64,000 nucleotides of DNA from Candidatus Latescibacterota bacterium (GCA_963791045.1 CAWBQK010000003.1:43682-107681); one strand, 5' to 3'; shown: positions 41,723 through 51,731, counted from the first letter of the stretch. The notes: generated from the letters alone by a model not told the origin. Made by a program: numbers and translations.

Positions 41723-43981
41723 ATGGGTGTGTCATATACACTTCTGCTATCCATCCTCTACCTTGTCGGTGGTGTTTTAATATTTCTTCTCGGCCTGACG
41801 ATTCTCAGGACGGGGAGTAGTAGCACGCCGACTCGCGCCACCGCTTTGATCCTCTTTTTTGCCGGGCTCGGGCCGGTCCTGAGCGCAACGAGCATAATCC
41901 TCCAGGCCACACTGAGACCCGATGCCGTTGTCTACCGTTCGATGGTTGAAAACTTCGAGTACCTCTGGGAGTTCTATTTTCCGTCTCTATTGCTCTTTTC
42001 ATTGTCATATCCGCGCGAGAATAAGGTTCTTCGGAACTTTGCTTTCTTCGGGCTCCTGATCTACGTCCCTTACATTTTTCACCTCTTCACTATCATGGCG
42101 GGAGAAGGCTTTCTGAAAAGCGTTCTCGATATGTCCAAAAATCTACCGTTGGGGAAGGAGGTCTCGCTGGGGGAAAGGACTCTGTCGCTCTCTGACACGG
42201 GGAACATCGTATCCGTCATTCTCGCCACGCTGGTCAAACTCCACAAACAGCTTTTTCTACTGGTTAACTTTCTCTATGCGATGATCGCGGTCTTCTTTAT
42301 CTCGAGAAGTCTCAGACGCCAATTGAACCCGCGTATCGTTGGCCAGCTGAGGACGGTGCTCATCGGTCTTGTCGTGAGCGTGACAGTGTATGTCGTGGCC
42401 AAGCTCACCGGACCCTGGGTGGGGGACAACGTGTATCTCGCGCTGATCAACTTTTCGCTCGTCGCGGGTGGTGGGTCGGTGGCGTACGCGGTGGTCAAGC
42501 AGCAGTTTCTTGGTATCCGTTTTGTTTTTCGCAAGAGTGTTCTTTATGGCGGCGCGGCCATAATGTACGCAGCCCTGTATCTCAGCGTTGTAAAACCGGT
42601 CAGCGATTTCTTTGGCGAGTACAGCGTGGCGAGCAAGGAGGCGTTCGAGACCGGTTTCATTATTCTCGCGATCATCGCGTTTCAACCGACTTTGATCCGT
42701 ATCGAAGAACTCCTGGAAAAGGTTCTTCTGAAAGGAAAGGACGATCTGCAGACGCGGTTCAAAGAGTTGGCGAGCGAGATCTCCAATGTCACCACAGAAG
42801 AAGAGCTTGAAAGTGTTTTGAAGGCGGGCTTCGGCGATATTCTCAATGCGGCGTCGGTGGTGCTTGTCAGCAAAAACGACATACCGCGGACCCGGCAGTT
42901 GTGCGATGTCCTCGGGCGTATCGGTGAGCCAATTGTTCGATTGGATCTTATCAAACTCGCCGAAAAGGGGCGAATGGAGGATGAAGCCAACGAGGAAGCG
43001 GGCGCCGGAGAACCGGTGTTGTCAGAAAAAGCACTGGCACGCCGGCGAATCGAATCGGCCACGCAGCTTATCGGTGACGATGAAGTCCTGGTTCCAATTC
43101 TCAGGGAGCGCGTTTGTGTCGGATTCGTGACGCTTGGCGAGAAAACGCACGGATTGAGATACACGACGGAAGAGCTTGCGCAGCTGTCGCTGACTTCAAA
43201 CCAGATCGGAGTTGCCCTCGACAACATCCGGCTGCTCCGTGAAAATGTCGACAAGAAACTTCTCGAAGAGGAACTCGAAATTGCGCGGCGTATCCAATCG
43301 CAGCTTTTGCCTTCGAGTTCTCCGGTCATCCCCGGGTATGATCTGAGCGCGTCGACAATTCCGAGTCGCCAGGTCGGGGGGGACTATTATGATTTTGGCT
43401 TGCTCGATGACGGCAAGCTCGTGCTGGTTGTCGCCGATGTGTCGGGCAAAGGAATTCCAGCATCGCTTCTCATGGCGACTTTGCGTACGGCGGTTAACTC
43501 AAACGAAGATGCGAGGAGAAGCCCCGCCACGATGATGCGCCGGATGAACACGCTTCTCTTTGAGAGTACGTCCGCGGAAGAATTTGCGACGCTCTTCTAT
43601 GGTGTTGTCGATATCAAAGAAGGGACCATGAAATACGCGAACGCCGGGCACGAGTTTCCAATCCTGATTTCGAAAGGCGTGATCCATCAACTGGGGGAGA
43701 GCGGAATCGTCATCGGGTGTGTGGATGATTTCCCGTACGAAGAGTCGACGTGCGAAATCCCGAGCGGCGGAACGCTTGTTCTCTACACCGACGGGATCAC
43801 GGACGCCGCCAGGGTGGGTGGCGAGAATTTTGGGGAGGATCGCCTGCGGGAGGTGCTTACCCACAATGGGCACGGCAGCTCGCAGGAACTCTGTTCCGGC
43901 CTTCTGACCGAAGTCCAGGCATTCGCCCGAGATGGTGATTATCAGGACGATCTGACACTTGTTATTTTGAAGAGGGAGTAA
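41723..43981 (+). CDS. Membrane-bound SpoIIE/RsbU-like PP2C phosphatase
   Basis: Multi-TM N-terminus, ELEIARRIQ, VGGDYYD, ADVSGKG, NAGH, YTDGI and DDLT. Confidence 0.92.
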   Translation: MGVSYTLLLSILYLVGGVLIFLLGLTILRTGSSSTPTRATALILFFAGLGPVLSATSIILQATLRPDAVVYRSMVENFEYLWEFYFPSLLLFSLSYPRENKVLRNFAFFGLLIYVPYIFHLFTIMAGEGFLKSVLDMSKNLPLGKEVSLGERTLSLSDTGNIVSVILATLVKLHKQLFLLVNFLYAMIAVFFISRSLRRQLNPRIVGQLRTVLIGLVVSVTVYVVAKLTGPWVGDNVYLALINFSLVAGGGSVAYAVVKQQFLGIRFVFRKSVLYGGAAIMYAALYLSVVKPVSDFFGEYSVASKEAFETGFIILAIIAFQPTLIRIEELLEKVLLKGKDDLQTRFKELASEISNVTTEEELESVLKAGFGDILNAASVVLVSKNDIPRTRQLCDVLGRIGEPIVRLDLIKLAEKGRMEDEANEEAGAGEPVLSEKALARRRIESATQLIGDDEVLVPILRERVCVGFVTLGEKTHGLRYTTEELAQLSLTSNQIGVALDNIRLLRENVDKKLLEEELEIARRIQSQLLPSSSPVIPGYDLSASTIPSRQVGGDYYDFGLLDDGKLVLVVADVSGKGIPASLLMATLRTAVNSNEDARRSPATMMRRMNTLLFESTSAEEFATLFYGVVDIKEGTMKYANAGHEFPILISKGVIHQLGESGIVIGCVDDFPYEESTCEIPSGGTLVLYTDGITDAARVGGENFGEDRLREVLTHNGHGSSQELCSGLLTEVQAFARDGDYQDDLTLVILKRE

Positions 43982-44040
43982 TCCCGGTTGTTTTCTGACC
44001 TTTTGAAAACGCGGACCCGCTCCGGTGGCGGGGGGCGAGT

Positions 44041-44451
44041 ATGGTGCGAATTCTCGGAATAGATCCTGGGGCGCGGCGGACGGGATTTGCCTTGAGTGAT
44101 CCACTCGGAATTACCGCCCAGCCTCTTGAGACATTCGACGCGGTGGTTGGAGGGGAGCTCCTCGATCATATTGCCGGATTGGTGGAAGAGTACGATGTCG
44201 ATGAAATCGTTGTCGGGTATCCTCTGGGGTTGTCGGGTCAGGTGGGGGAGTCGGCGGAGAGGGCGGCCGGGTTGGCGAAGATGATCGAAAGTCGCTTCGA
44301 GCGAAAGGTGACGCTCTGGGACGAGCGCTTTTCGAGCGAGGAGGCCAAGAGGGTGCTGCGGGGGCAACGCGCCAAGAAAACCGACGTCGACAAACTCGCC
44401 GCCATTATCATTCTTCAAAGTTATCTCGATTTTCGTGGGAGAGACGGTTGA
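44041..44451 (+). CDS. ruvX: YqgF/RuvX family nuclease
   Basis: ILGIDPG..RTGFALSD, VVGYP, DERFSS and DKLAAIIILQSYL. Confidence 0.93.
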   Translation: MVRILGIDPGARRTGFALSDPLGITAQPLETFDAVVGGELLDHIAGLVEEYDVDEIVVGYPLGLSGQVGESAERAAGLAKMIESRFERKVTLWDERFSSEEAKRVLRGQRAKKTDVDKLAAIIILQSYLDFRGRDG

Positions 44452-45470
44452 TGCGCCGGTTGGTTCTTATAATAGTAGTCGTCGCGGGATTGGGTGTGAT
44501 CGCCATCGCCGCGGGGATGGTGTACAGCGGCGTGTATGTGTCCACGGAAACCAGCGGTGAGACCCCGGCCGCCGAGTTGTTTGTGGTGCGTGCGGGGGAG
44601 CCATTTGGGAGTGTCGCCGAACGTCTTGCCGAGAAGAACTTTGTCCGCAAGCCCCGGGTGATGCGCGGGTACGCTTGGATTCGTGGAATCGACAAACGGA
44701 TAAAGGCGGGGACCTACAGCCTTAACTCTGGCGATCGCCCGAAGGACATCCTGGAAAAGCTCGTCGCCGGCGATGTGTTCAAAGTGTCGGTCACGATTCC
44801 GGAAGGTTTCATGGTGAATCAGATCGCGGGTGCGCTTGCCACGGCTCTCGAGATTGATTCCACGGCGTTTGCGGAACTTGTCGGTGACGCGGAGCTTCTT
44901 GAACGGGCCGGAGTGACGGGCCCGTCGCTCGAGGGTTATTTTTTCCCCGATACCTATCTGATCCCGTGGGGCATGTCTGCACGTGAGATCGCTGTGGTAA
45001 TGATCGACAGGCTCGACGACGTGATGGACGCCCGGCGGGAAGAACGCGCCCGCGAGGTTGGATTTACGCGCCACGACGTGCTCACCCTTGCGTCGATTGT
45101 CGAGGCGGAGACGCGGTTGGCCGAAGAGCTGCCACTCGTGTCCGCCGTTTATAACAACCGGCTCAAGAAAGGAATGAGGCTCGAAGCGGACCCCACCGTT
45201 GCCTACGCGATGGGCGGGTACAAGGGCCGTTTGTACTTTAAGCATCTCGAAATAGACTCCCCGTACAATACGTACAAACACGTGGGCCTCCCGCCCGGGC
45301 CGATTTGCAGTCCGGGAGAGGCGGCGATAGAAGCGGCGCTTTACCCCGACTCGACATTCAAGGCTATTTATTTTGTTGCCAAGGGAAACGGCGGCCATAT
45401 ATTTTCTTTGACTTTGAAAGATCATCTGGCGGCGGTTCGAAAAGTGAAGAGAAACAGGGCAACCGATTGA
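44448..45470 (+). CDS. mltG: Endolytic transglycosylase MltG
   Basis: VTIPEG, LEGYFFPDTY, LASIVEAE, LEADPT and SPYNTY..GLPPGPI. Confidence 0.95.
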   Translation: MMRRLVLIIVVVAGLGVIAIAAGMVYSGVYVSTETSGETPAAELFVVRAGEPFGSVAERLAEKNFVRKPRVMRGYAWIRGIDKRIKAGTYSLNSGDRPKDILEKLVAGDVFKVSVTIPEGFMVNQIAGALATALEIDSTAFAELVGDAELLERAGVTGPSLEGYFFPDTYLIPWGMSAREIAVVMIDRLDDVMDARREERAREVGFTRHDVLTLASIVEAETRLAEELPLVSAVYNNRLKKGMRLEADPTVAYAMGGYKGRLYFKHLEIDSPYNTYKHVGLPPGPICSPGEAAIEAALYPDSTFKAIYFVAKGNGGHIFSLTLKDHLAAVRKVKRNRATD

Positions 45471-45482
45471 GGTGATGCGACG

Positions 45483-46319
45483 ATGATATCGACCGAAACG
45501 CTTCCCGGCGCCATCCGGAAAACTTTTGACGATCTTCGCTCGGCGCTCGATCGCCACAAGTCGCTCGTGGTGGCGTTCTCCGGCGGTGTGGACTCGAGTC
45601 TCCTCGCGTTCGTCGCTCACGAGGTGCTCGCCGACAGGATGCTCGCGGTGATCGCTGTGTCGGCGTCTCTTGCCGGGTCCGAGAAGAACGAGGCGATCGC
45701 GTTTCTCGATCATCATGCAATCCCTTACGAAATCATAAAAACCGATGAGATCGAAAACGAAGCCTACGCGGCCAATAACCCGGACAGGTGTTATCATTGC
45801 AAATCCGAACTGTTCGGAAAGTTGAACGACCTGGCCCGGGCGCGCGGGTTTGGTTCGGTCGCTCATGGGGCGAATGTGGACGACAGGGCGGATTACAGGC
45901 CGGGGACGCGTGCGGCTGACGAGAAGGATATCGCCGCTCCGTTCATGGAAGCCGGTATGGGAAAGAGCGAGATTCGGGAGCTCGCCAGGGCGCTCGAGCT
46001 GCCCCTGTGGGACAAACCCGCTTCCCCGTGTCTCGCGTCACGGATACCGTATTTCGAATCCGTGAATCCCGAAAAACTTTTTCAGATCGATCAGGCCGAA
46101 CGTGTGTTAAAAGAGATGGGGTTCCGTGTGTGCCGGGTTCGGCACCACGGGAAGATAGCCCGCATTGAACTCCCGCTGGACGAGCAGCCGCGGCTCTTCG
46201 AGGAAGGCTCGTGGAAGGTTCTGGTGGAGAGCTTCAAGGCAATCGGTTTCGAGTATGTGACGCTCGATCTCGAAGGATTCAGGAGCGGGCGGTTAAACGA
46301 CGAAATCGACAAGGAGTGA
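45483..46319 (+). CDS. larE: LarE-like ATP-dependent sulfur transferase
   Basis: AFSGGVDSS (PP-loop), RCYHCK, DYRPG, WDKPASPCLASR, RVRHH and GFRSG. Confidence 0.9.
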   Translation: MISTETLPGAIRKTFDDLRSALDRHKSLVVAFSGGVDSSLLAFVAHEVLADRMLAVIAVSASLAGSEKNEAIAFLDHHAIPYEIIKTDEIENEAYAANNPDRCYHCKSELFGKLNDLARARGFGSVAHGANVDDRADYRPGTRAADEKDIAAPFMEAGMGKSEIRELARALELPLWDKPASPCLASRIPYFESVNPEKLFQIDQAERVLKEMGFRVCRVRHHGKIARIELPLDEQPRLFEEGSWKVLVESFKAIGFEYVTLDLEGFRSGRLNDEIDKE

Positions 46320-46324
46320 TTTTT

Positions 46325-46486
46325 TTGGAAAAAACAAAGCCTTTCAAATTTAAATGGCCGTTTTTTCTTGCAGGGATGGCGGCAATTGTGTTGGGTTATG
46401 TGTTGCTGGCGTCGAGCGAGATGTCGTTCGCCCCGATTCTGCTGGTTCTGGGGTACTGTCTGCTCGTTCCGTTGTCTTTCTTGTAG
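46325..46486 (+). CDS. Small two-helix membrane protein (DUF3098-like)
   Basis: AAGGAG RBS plus TTG; IVLGYVLL..SFAPILLVLGY. Confidence 0.6.
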   Translation: MEKTKPFKFKWPFFLAGMAAIVLGYVLLASSEMSFAPILLVLGYCLLVPLSFL

Positions 46487-46503
46487 TTAAATGTTTGATT
46501 TGT

Positions 46504-46579
46504 GGGCGAATAGCTCAGTTGGGAGAGCACCTGCTTTACACGCAGGCGGTCACAGGTTCAAGTCCTGTTTCGCCCACCA
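46504..46579 (+). tRNA. tRNA-Val(TAC)
   Basis: Acceptor stem GGGCGAA/TTCGCCC, anticodon arm CCTGC-TTTACAC-GCAGG, T-loop GTTCAAG and encoded CCA. Confidence 0.97.
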
Positions 46580-46679
46580 TTTACCTCCCGTTCCGCTTTC
46601 TCTCGTTTTTTACCCGCCCGTATCATGTTTTTCAGTACAAAATGTGTGTTGTAAAGGTCTTTCGGCTCCGAATTGCGTG

Positions 46680-46709
46680 TTGACAAAACCCGCGTGCTTA
46701 TGGTACAAT
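46680..46709 (+). promoter_or_regulatory. Conserved promoter copy 1
   Basis: TTGACA-N18-TACAAT, ending TATGGTACAAT. Confidence 0.7.
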
Positions 46710-46838
46710 AGTCGCTGTCGAGTAAGGCTGCACTACCACTGGTGGAAGTAGGTAGTCATCCCCTGACTTTCTTCCATTGGGTGAAGTGCCACCCATATTT
46801 GTGAGTGCATACATTCCAAACTTTTTGGAGGTGTACGA

Positions 46839-47474
46839 ATGTCCAAGGTTGTACTCTTTGCAGCCTCACTGCTTTTGGTTGCGGGGATAGCTAGTGCGGG
46901 GATTATTGATCCTTGCGCTGGTGATGTCACGTACAACGGCTCCCAGCCTACATGTTACTTTGCGTGTCCGCAGGGTGATACAGATTCTTTTTATCTGCAG
47001 GGCTTCTGGTGGTCGTTCACGATCGTTGACCTCGTTGGTGCTCCGGTCGCTGACATCCCTGGAACAGATTTCTGGCTCGTTGACTGTGATGTCGCTAACG
47101 ATCTCGCGCTTTGCGCGGGCTCCGCTTCGTCCGCAGCCGACTCAGCCACGAACGCCGCCGGTATGACAACCATGCATGATGGCTCGCTCAGTGCGGGCGG
47201 TTGCGCGAATGGTCTGTCGCCGGTCGTTCAAGGTTTCGTGCTTCAAGATCCCGGCGCCGCATGTGCGGACTACTGCTTCAATATTTTGGTGCGTAGCCCT
47301 GACATCAACGGTGACGGAGTTGTTAACCTCGTCGACTTGTCGATTTTTGCCTCAGCATATCCCCCGAATGCGTATAGCACGTGTTCGGACATGAACTGCG
47401 ACGCAGCAATCAACCTGTCGGACCTTTCGAGGTTTGCGTTCCACTTTGGTCCTCCGGGCCATACGTGCAACTAG
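46839..47474 (+). CDS. Secreted Cys-rich protein with C-terminal dockerin-like duplicated Ca-binding motif
   Basis: Signal peptide; DINGDGVVNLVDL...DMNCDAAINLSDL; paralog of 57312..57950. Confidence 0.8.
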   Translation: MSKVVLFAASLLLVAGIASAGIIDPCAGDVTYNGSQPTCYFACPQGDTDSFYLQGFWWSFTIVDLVGAPVADIPGTDFWLVDCDVANDLALCAGSASSAADSATNAAGMTTMHDGSLSAGGCANGLSPVVQGFVLQDPGAACADYCFNILVRSPDINGDGVVNLVDLSIFASAYPPNAYSTCSDMNCDAAINLSDLSRFAFHFGPPGHTCN

Positions 47475-47560
47475 GATCGCAAAAGCGTGAAGCCTTGTGC
47501 TAACAGCGTACTCCTAAATGGTTTTGCGTCTTTGGTTGTACAGCAGACAGAGGAGTCGAA

Positions 47561-48109
47561 ATGAGATTTGCAACCATGGTTGTCGTCGTGCTGATGGCGA
47601 GTGTTGTTGTCGTTAGCGCGCAGACGTCGCCATTTATTGCGGTTTACTTCGACCAAACGTTCCAGGTTGAAGCGCAGGATCCTTGTCCAGGGATTGGTGT
47701 CATTGACACTCTCTACGTCGAGCTCGTGAATGCAGATGTATTCGTGACCGGTGTTGAGTTTGCCGTGAATTACCCGCCCGAGTTGACTTGGATTGCTGAC
47801 ATAGACAAGCAGCCGGTAACGGCTGGGACAACCCCCACGGGGTTCTCCATGGGTTGGGCGATACCGCAGAACGGCTTTGGCGTTGCCATTGACGTCTGCA
47901 AAGTCATCGTCATTTGGAACTGTGACGGCTGCGCGACGACGGATGTTCCCGTCGACGTAGTGGCCAACCCGAACACGGGTTTCATCGGTTTCACTGACTT
48001 TCCCAACTATGCCTTGTTTCCCGCTGTCGGTTTGACGTCGCTTATTTGCCCGACGGTACCGACTCAGGATACGACCTGGGGCAAGGTCAAGTCTCTCTAC
48101 GGAGAGTAA
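47561..48109 (+). CDS. Secreted WGK-tail protein, family A
   Basis: Signal peptide VSA|Q, PFIAVYFD and tail CPTVPTQDTTWGKVKSLYGE. Confidence 0.88.
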   Translation: MRFATMVVVVLMASVVVVSAQTSPFIAVYFDQTFQVEAQDPCPGIGVIDTLYVELVNADVFVTGVEFAVNYPPELTWIADIDKQPVTAGTTPTGFSMGWAIPQNGFGVAIDVCKVIVIWNCDGCATTDVPVDVVANPNTGFIGFTDFPNYALFPAVGLTSLICPTVPTQDTTWGKVKSLYGE

Positions 48110-48337
48110 AGACGGAGCGTGAGGCTGGATGGACCCCGAGCGGGGTTCATCCAACGCCCACCGGCGGTTCATCCAGCAAACGCATCGTTTTTGAGAAGTA
48201 GATCGAAGGAAGAGATTCCTGAAGCCTTCTCAATTGTGAGCGGAACCCGACCGGTTCCTTACGGTTGATGCCGCTCGATTAAAGTGCTGCAACGTTCGTA
48301 AGACGGTCGTGTTCACTGTCTTCGCAAAGGAGAAAAG

Positions 48338-48889
48338 ATGAAAAAGACACTGTTAATAACTTTGGTCCTGATGCTATCCGCCAGCATGGCGTTCGCTCAG
48401 GGTGGCAGCATCGGCATTTTCTCAGATGTCGCTGGTTCTAGCTGTAACCTGACCGATGCGGCTCCTGGGCTGCTGAGCTTGTACGTCGTCCATGTGCTTA
48501 CGCCTGGCGCGACCGCATCGCAGTTCGCTGCGCCGGCGCCCGCGTGTATGCTTGGCGCGACGTATCTGTCCGACAGTTCACCGTTCTCGGTAGTCATCGG
48601 AAGTTCGCAGACCGGTGTTGCAATTGGATACGGCGCGTGTATCGCTGCTCCGATCCACGTTCTCACCATCCAGTTCTTCGCTAGTGGATTGTCAACGCCC
48701 TGTTGTTACTACCCAGTTGTTCCCGATCCGAACGTTCCTTCGGGAAGCATCGAGGTCGTTGATTGTACCGAGACACTTCTTACCGCGACAGGCGGCCTCG
48801 GTATTATTAATCCGGATGGCACATGCCAGTGCGACGTTCCTGTTCAGGATACGACGTGGGGCAAAGTTAAGTCGATCTTCGCCGAATAA
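48338..48889 (+). CDS. Secreted WGK-tail protein, family B
   Basis: Signal peptide AFA|Q, YVVH..GATASQF and tail CDVPVQDTTWGKVKSIFAE. Confidence 0.88.
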   Translation: MKKTLLITLVLMLSASMAFAQGGSIGIFSDVAGSSCNLTDAAPGLLSLYVVHVLTPGATASQFAAPAPACMLGATYLSDSSPFSVVIGSSQTGVAIGYGACIAAPIHVLTIQFFASGLSTPCCYYPVVPDPNVPSGSIEVVDCTETLLTATGGLGIINPDGTCQCDVPVQDTTWGKVKSIFAE

Positions 48890-48919
48890 TTCGACGAACA
48901 CCGTCTGACTATAGATTTG

Positions 48920-48954
48920 AAAAACGCCCGGCTTGTTGTGAGCCGGGCGTTTTT
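48920..48954 (+). terminator. Intrinsic terminator
   Basis: AAAAACGCCCGGCT-loop-AGCCGGGCGTTTTT. Confidence 0.85.
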
Positions 48955-49041
48955 GCGTGCTGCCCCCGCCTGATCGCATGCGCAGCGAAGTCCTCTTTAG
49001 TGATTGTCTTCACATGAGTTAGGGTGGGCTTGGTTTGGGTC

Positions 49042-49071
49042 TTGACATGTAAGTGGTTGGTATGGTACAAT
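49042..49071 (+). promoter_or_regulatory. Conserved promoter copy 2
   Basis: TTGACA-N18-TACAAT, ending TATGGTACAAT. Confidence 0.7.
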
Positions 49072-49152
49072 ATACGCTACAACAACTAATGGTATTTGCA
49101 TAATGTTCATGAACTGGAGGTCAGTGCTAGCATCTTTGTGAAAGGAGTCGCC

Positions 49153-49719
49153 ATGTCTATGCGGGTGCTTGTCTTGGGACTTGCGTTTATAGTCCTCTTC
49201 GTCGGCATTGCGAGCGCACAGGTTCCATTTATCGCGGTTTACTTCGATCCAGCCTACCAGGTGGAAGGTCTTGCGCCGCCGCCGTGCGACGATCCATGTC
49301 CCGGGTTCAATGTTCCTGGGGATCTCTACATCGCTCTCGTAAATGCGAACGCATTTGTGACCGGTGTGGAATTCGCCGTATCGTATCCGAGCCAGATGAT
49401 CTGGCTGGCCGATATCGATACACCACCGGTGACCGTTGGTGCGACGCCCACTGGAATTTCGATCGGGTGGGGGACACCACAAAACGGTTTTTCGGCCGTG
49501 GATATCTGCAAAGTTCTTTTCCTGTGGAATTGCGACCGATGCGACATCGCGGATATTCCGATTGTCGTCGTTCCCAATCCGGCGACCGGGTTCCTCGGAT
49601 ACACGGATTTTCCCAATTTCAACCAGTTCAATGCGACCGGGCTGACGTCACTGATATGTGCGTGTGTGCCGGCCCATGAGACGTCCTGGGGGAAGGTCAA
49701 ATCGCTGTACTCTGAATAG
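49153..49719 (+). CDS. Secreted WGK-tail protein, family A
   Basis: AAGGAG RBS, ASA|Q, PFIAVYFD and tail CACVPAHETSWGKVKSLYSE. Confidence 0.88.
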   Translation: MSMRVLVLGLAFIVLFVGIASAQVPFIAVYFDPAYQVEGLAPPPCDDPCPGFNVPGDLYIALVNANAFVTGVEFAVSYPSQMIWLADIDTPPVTVGATPTGISIGWGTPQNGFSAVDICKVLFLWNCDRCDIADIPIVVVPNPATGFLGYTDFPNFNQFNATGLTSLICACVPAHETSWGKVKSLYSE

Positions 49720-49961
49720 ATGGTTTGGATAACAGCCTTTGAGTCTTGGCGTTATGAGGACGGCCGTGGTTTCTTTCCGAAGACACCGCGGCCGTTTTCT
49801 TGTGAGTGGCCGGCACGTCGTGGGTGGCAATTCCCGTAGCGGTAGATTATGGAACAATGTGAGAACGGGAATACCCGCATTCGTCCGCGGTGTGCCTGAA
49901 TTGGCGGTTATGAGAAGGCGTAGTTTGTGCTATAAGAATACGTTAAGTAAGGTGTTCACAG

Positions 49962-49991
49962 TTGACTTTTGACGCATAGGTATGGTACAAT
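49962..49991 (+). promoter_or_regulatory. Conserved promoter copy 3
   Basis: TTGACT-N18-TACAAT, ending TATGGTACAAT. Confidence 0.7.
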
Positions 49992-50100
49992 CACTCAAAG
50001 CACACCTTGAGTTTTTGCAGCGTTTTGGACCTACATACTTTCCATACTTTTTTTGCCCAAGCAGGAGGTGCGCATCTGCATCTTTGGGAAAGGAGCTGTC

Positions 50101-50661
50101 ATGTGCAAACGGGTCTTTGGGACCGGTTTCGTGTTCTTGTTCCTCGTTCTTAGCATCGGGGTGGCAAGTGCGCAAACGCAACCATTCATAGCGGTTTACT
50201 TCGATCAAACATTCCAGACCGAAGCGCAGGATCCATGTCCAGGGATTGGCGTTCTTGACACGCTTTATGTCGAGCTCGTGAATGCGAATGTATTCGTGAC
50301 CGGTGTTGAGTTTGCCATTAACTACCCGCCTGAATTGAGCTATCTGCTCGACTTCGATAAGCAGGGGACGGTAATCGGATCGACCCCGACGGGTTTCTCA
50401 ATGGGTTGGGCGATACCACAGAACGGATTCGGTGTCGCCATCGATGTTTGTAAAGTGTTAGTCCAGTGGACGTGTGACGGATGCGCGACGATTGATGTAG
50501 AGCTTCCCGTTGTGCAACATCCGTACACAGGTTTTATCGGTTTCACTGACTTTCCCAACTTTGACTTGTTTCCCGCAGTCGGTTTGACGTCGCTTATTTG
50601 TCCGACGGTACCGACGCAGGATACAACCTGGGGTAAGGTTAAGTCCCTGTACTCCGAGTAA
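50101..50661 (+). CDS. Secreted WGK-tail protein, family A (close paralog of 47561)
   Basis: AAGGAG RBS, ASA|Q and tail CPTVPTQDTTWGKVKSLYSE. Confidence 0.88.
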   Translation: MCKRVFGTGFVFLFLVLSIGVASAQTQPFIAVYFDQTFQTEAQDPCPGIGVLDTLYVELVNANVFVTGVEFAINYPPELSYLLDFDKQGTVIGSTPTGFSMGWAIPQNGFGVAIDVCKVLVQWTCDGCATIDVELPVVQHPYTGFIGFTDFPNFDLFPAVGLTSLICPTVPTQDTTWGKVKSLYSE

Positions 50662-51170
50662 GCCTCTGTCGGAAAATCGGCGGTAAGCATCCCGCCACGC
50701 TGGGTGAAGCGGTTAGATCTGTCCAAGACTCGAAAGCTCCTTCACCCAGCGTTTTCTTATTCACCGTCTGTCGGTGGTAAGGCCCCCCCCGGTCTCTCGT
50801 CTAATCGCCGTTTTTTCGCCTCGTTCGCCCGTGGGCTCTCTATCCTTCATCTGACCGATAGCAACACCCCCATTCCTCGCAATTTGCCTCTATTTGGATG
50901 TATTTGCCGTTATGGGGTTCTTCTCGTAAGTGGCTGCAAGCCAAAATCATGAGATTTCGTCGGCGTGTCCGGGCGCGGTCTCCATTCGGCGCTGTCTCTG
51001 TAAGCTATTGTTAGTATGTTTGTTGTGATTTTGAAGCAGGGTTCTGAGCCAACACGCGTGCCTCGAAGCGACTCCCCAGGCGGCAAGTTTGTGCCTGGAG
51101 CGGAATCTCGGTCTGTCTCTTGCAATCGCCTTTGCCAATGATTTCAGACCGTCAACCAAGGAGGTGCCTC

Positions 51171-51731
51171 GTGAAGGCAATGGTAACGTTAGCAGTGGTT
51201 CTCGTCGCTCTCGCGGCAGTGAGCGGTCCGGTCCAGGCTCAGACGACGCCGACCGTCGGTGTCTACTTCGATCAGGCTTATACTGTGATGCAGAAGCCCT
51301 GTGTGGGCCCCAACGTCATGGATTATGCCTACGTCGTTGCATACAACTTCGACGTGTTCCTTTCAGGCATGGAATACATGATTTCCTACCCGCCGAGCAT
51401 TCTGTGGGTTGCGGACCTCGATATTCCGGCTGTGACAATCGGAAACACGCCGTCGGGGATCTCGATGGGGTTCGGCAGCACGCCGTTGAACGGCTTTGGC
51501 CCCGTATTGCTCCATCGTGTGGCTTTTCTGTGGCAGTGCATGGGTTGCGACGCGACAAACGAAGATGATCCCATCGTCGTTCTCCCGCATCCCGTGAGCG
51601 GCTTCCTCCGCGGAACCGATTTCCCCAACTTCGATTTTGTCTACGGCGTCGGTATGACGTCCCTCGTCTGCGCCACGGTTCCCGTGAACGAGACGACCTG
51701 GGGAAAGATCAAATCGCTATACGAGGAATAG
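51171..51731 (+). CDS. Secreted WGK-tail protein, family A (divergent)
   Basis: AAGGAGG RBS plus GTG, VQA|Q, VGVYFD and tail CATVPVNETTWGKIKSLYEE. Confidence 0.88.
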   Translation: MKAMVTLAVVLVALAAVSGPVQAQTTPTVGVYFDQAYTVMQKPCVGPNVMDYAYVVAYNFDVFLSGMEYMISYPPSILWVADLDIPAVTIGNTPSGISMGFGSTPLNGFGPVLLHRVAFLWQCMGCDATNEDDPIVVLPHPVSGFLRGTDFPNFDFVYGVGMTSLVCATVPVNETTWGKIKSLYEE

